A DNA stretch of 64,000 nucleotides from Chrysomallon squamiferum (taxonomy: Eukaryota > Animalia > Mollusca). The notes below the pieces were generated by a model. The model did not search any database. It was not told the origin of the DNA and saw nothing but the letters and a program-made list of their open reading frames with translations. The DNA lies in NCBI GenBank assembly GCA_012295275.1, contig CM022668.1, positions 6,014,001 to 6,078,000 on the forward strand, written 5' to 3'. Positions 60,570-64,000 of this stretch are shown piece by piece; positions within the stretch are counted from its first letter, which is position 1, and every line of letters starts with the position of its first letter. The position numbers were made by a program, and so were the translations under genes.

Positions 60570-62742
60570 CAAGCTTGCCGGATAAAGTTGTCGTAGTAGT
60601 AGTAGTAGTAGTAGTAGGAGGAGGAGGAGGAGTAGGAGTAGTGGTAGTGGTAACAGCTGTAGCAAAGTCTCAGTAATTTCAGATGTAGTAGCCGATTATT
60701 ATTAGTAGTGTTGCAGAAACGCTGAAATCAGTGTTGCTGAAGTTGTAGTAGTACTAGTGGCTGCCGTTGTAACTGCAGCACAAGATGCTAGTAGTGTAAT
60801 ATTAGCAATAACCTTGGACTTCGTCGATGTGGTAGTAGTGGTAATTGTGTTAATAGTAGCTGTATTAATGGAACAGTGGTAGTGATAGTACTAGTCGTAG
60901 TAGTAATAGCAGTAGCAGCGATAATAGAAACAGTAGTAGACATAGTAGAAGTAGAATATCTAAGTATGTATATAGGTCTGTTTGTCTGTCTCACTATATG
61001 TGTGTGTTTTTGCTTCTGTGTGTTTTTGTGTCTGTCTGTCTCAGTGTGTGTTTGTGTGTATATATATATATATATATAAAAGTGTGTGTGAATATATTTG
61101 TGTGTATATTTATGTGTCTATCTTTGTGTTTCTGTATATATATATATATATGAATATATCTGTATGTATGTGTACATACACATAGAAACATAGAAAGTAA
61201 TTCCTCACAAAGTTTTTTCCATTATCAAGCACTCAACACTTCGAACATTATTAGATACCTTTATTATGACACTGCAGAATTTATGATTTCAATACTTTAT
61301 TTTACTTTACTTCAAGTTTCCGCGTCTCACTGTGAAATTAAAAACAAAATAAAATTAAAATAACACAGATCTTTGGCCTCTTGTTTACAGTAGTTTGTTG
61401 TATACAATAGTCTGGTGTATACAATAGCCTATTGCATAATATTGTCTCTTCTACTGAGTTTCAAATGACTGTGTTGTAGTAGAATAACTAAGTTACACAG
61501 AGCTTTGTTTCTACAACAGAAAATAGATAGTAAAGAAACATTTTAAAATGACAAGGAAATAACATATTATTTTATTTTAAAGTTCTCAGAGAAAAAAATC
61601 CTGGGAAGAAAACACGTCATAAAATAACACGACTATTAGTAATTAGTTCAGTTAGTTTCTTATATAATAAAATCGATCTGTTGGTGGAAAAAACGTTGAT
61701 GATAATAATGGCGATGATGATAATGATGATACAAATTAAACGAAGTAAATAAATAAAAATTAGGAAAGAAAATAAATAAATAAAACGAAGGAATGCATGA
61801 ATGTATGAATGAACGAAGAAATAAATAGATAATTAAATAAATAAATTAAAATTGAAAATCTTTAATAATAATCCCATTCATGAAAAATCACTATTTACAC
61901 GAGACACACAGAACAGACTCGACACTGCGGTTCATGAACAGGTTTTGCTTGTTTTCTTAATCAGATGAAAATAAACGTCTCAATAGCGCTCTAGGTTTAC
62001 AATGACATGTTCGAGCGGCAGCCTAACTCGATCACTGTGCTGTGTCATTCTGTAGTTTTATTTGTGGCTCAGGGTTTAGAGGTGTCGACTTGTAAAAGGG
62101 GGGATAACCCACTTCTTGGCCTCGCTTAAATTGTTATATATGTTTCAATGAATACCCTGTTATTGGTTTATCCAGGACGCACTGTTTGGGAAGGTGCCAA
62201 CAAAATATCTCTTCCTGCTAATAGAAAAGTGTATCCCGTGCAATATCGCGTTTTCTGTACCAGGAACATTATTTTAAAAAGTCTGATACTAAGATATTCA
62301 GATTAACGTACATTTCTTCATATAAATTTTCTTAACTTTGTTAATTAAATAATAAATGATGTTAGTCAGATGACATACATTTTTTGAAAGAAGAATGAAA
62401 CGAATAAACAATCTGTCAATGAAATAAACAACATCAACAACAACATCAACAATGATGTTAATAATGTACAGTCAGGAAAAGTAAATAAATGAACGAATGA
62501 ACGAACAAATGAATGAAATGAATAAAAAAAAGAGACATAAATAAATAAACAAGAACATTCTAAGGGATAAAAAGAAGATAGAAAAATAAGATAAATAAAA
62601 ATTGCTACAGTTTACTGAATTTTCTGAACAAGCGGCCGACTTGCTAAAAATGGCTCCGTAGTTATGGAAACGTCACGTGATGCCAAAGGGGTCAGAAGCG
62701 GCAAGATTAACGAATATCGAATGCCAAAGAAGTTTATTAATG

Positions 62743-62788
<46 letters not shown>

Positions 62789-63087
62789 CAAATATATCAT
62801 TTGCCTGCTTTAAATTGGAACAAGAATTCTTAAATGTCTTTTCTGCTGCGTGAAACCTGGCACTGGCAGGTTTGTAGTTTAGTTTGAATATTCTCTGAGT
62901 TGTGTACGTCTCATTACACTGGGCACTTAGTCAATATTCAAGAACGCAGTGACACAGACAGACAAAGTTCAGTCACGACTTCACCAACCTCGTCAGAATC
63001 CGCTGACGAGACTCGAACGTACGGCAATCATTCGCCCGCACCCCCAAGGCGGATCATGTTACCATGTGTGTGTCTGTGTGTGCTGTA

Positions 63088-63151
<64 letters not shown>

Positions 63152-63295
63152 CGTGTGTGTGTTTGTGTGTGTGTGTGTGTATTATGTAAATATATGTGTG
63201 GTTATATTTGTGTATGGATGTATGTATGCCCGTTTGCATATACTTACACACGCATTATACATATATAGAGATGCGGAAAGAGAAACTTACAGAAA

Positions 63296-63326
<31 letters not shown>

Positions 63327-64000
63327 TACACATAGCTAGAAAACAGACAGATAATTAAATAGCTATACGCATTGAGAAATAATAAAATTACAAAAGTGAT
63401 AAATAAAATAAAAATAATAAAACAAATAAGCAAAATGTAAAGGTTTAACAAAAGCAAGGACAGAAAGGTGATATGAACTAATATATTCCTAGAAGTTTTG
63501 TATTCCTCGGGAAACTGTTGTTATTTTTATCTATAACGGAAGTTACATTGTTAGTATTGGATACCCGGCCATTAGTTTAATCAGCTGGAAAACACACTGC
63601 TGTTTGCAAGTTATCTCGTAACTTCAGTATTGTTTATTTAGTTATTTTGTTTTGTCATCTTTACTTTGTGCACCGTACAGTTTTATAAAAAAAAATAATA
63701 ATAATCGTAAGGGAGAGAGAGAGAAAACAGAAAAGAAAATTTAATAAAAAATACGAAGAACTTGAAGAAACGAAAAGGGATTCAAGAATGTAAGTAGAAT
63801 ATATAGTTTATTTTATTAGTTCATATTATAATATATTTATATATCCTCTTTTTATTTATTTATTTATTTATTTATCTATTTATTTATTTATTTAATTCCG
63901 TACTGACTTATTCATATATCTGAAACTGAAAACTCACCAAGTCTATTAAATAACTCCTCTATCAACAATGATAGTTTGTTAACAATAATAATTAAAAAAT
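60570..64000 (+). repeat. Direct segmental duplicate of ≈51645-54890 (innexin upstream region), running off the window end
   Basis: Collinear near-identity at an offset of ~9.1 kb (53963↔63065; ~54860↔~63960). 59160-60555 also matches 48550-48860, 51160-51640 and 27330-28560. Confidence 0.92.

Noticed and set aside
60444-60994. Thr/Leu-rich minus-strand ORFs as a mucin-like or EGF exon (…CISGFGG…)
   Set aside because: Low-complexity (TAC/TAG)n-derived sequence; the frame is not conserved with the paralogous segments at 28230-28560 and 51645-52000.
62900-63070. Ser/Thr-rich ORF (CTSHYTGHLVNIQER…) open in three copies
   Set aside because: It has no ATG start and runs into (GT)n. The copies are recent duplicates, and the fourth copy (57700-57850) has a 4-nt frameshifting deletion.

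Overview
AT-rich, microsatellite-laden eukaryotic DNA with spliceosomal introns and two 200-N scaffold gaps. The organism is probably a lophotrochozoan, plausibly a mollusc (inferred from gene content and repeat style only). The window is a segmentally duplicated, birth-and-death cluster of a 6-exon secreted lectin-like gene: signal peptide, PAN/Apple, 4-Cys EGF-like module, linker, then a fibrinogen-related domain (FReD) of ficolin/FIBCD1/tachylectin-5 type. The ORF track misses these genes because they are spliced. I reconstructed three intact copies of 355 aa (18265-21133, 33250-36266, 44646-47724), one inverted pseudogene (8362-11092) and several partial copies (exon 1 only, exons 1-3, orphan exon 5, orphan exon 6, and a last-exon tail at the window start). 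An innexin module is interleaved: one intact divergent innexin (56052-57300, start codon apparently split by an intron), an inverted internally deleted and truncated innexin that is still in frame (12078-12792), and a third copy of the upstream block running off the window end. The main observations are a fine-scale patchwork of ligand-binding-loop variants among paralogues, orphan exons that are phase- and strand-compatible with neighbouring genes (possible combinatorial splicing), and head-to-head co-duplication of lectin and innexin flanks. The long low-complexity ORFs are 29-bp and 57-bp minisatellites or microsatellites.
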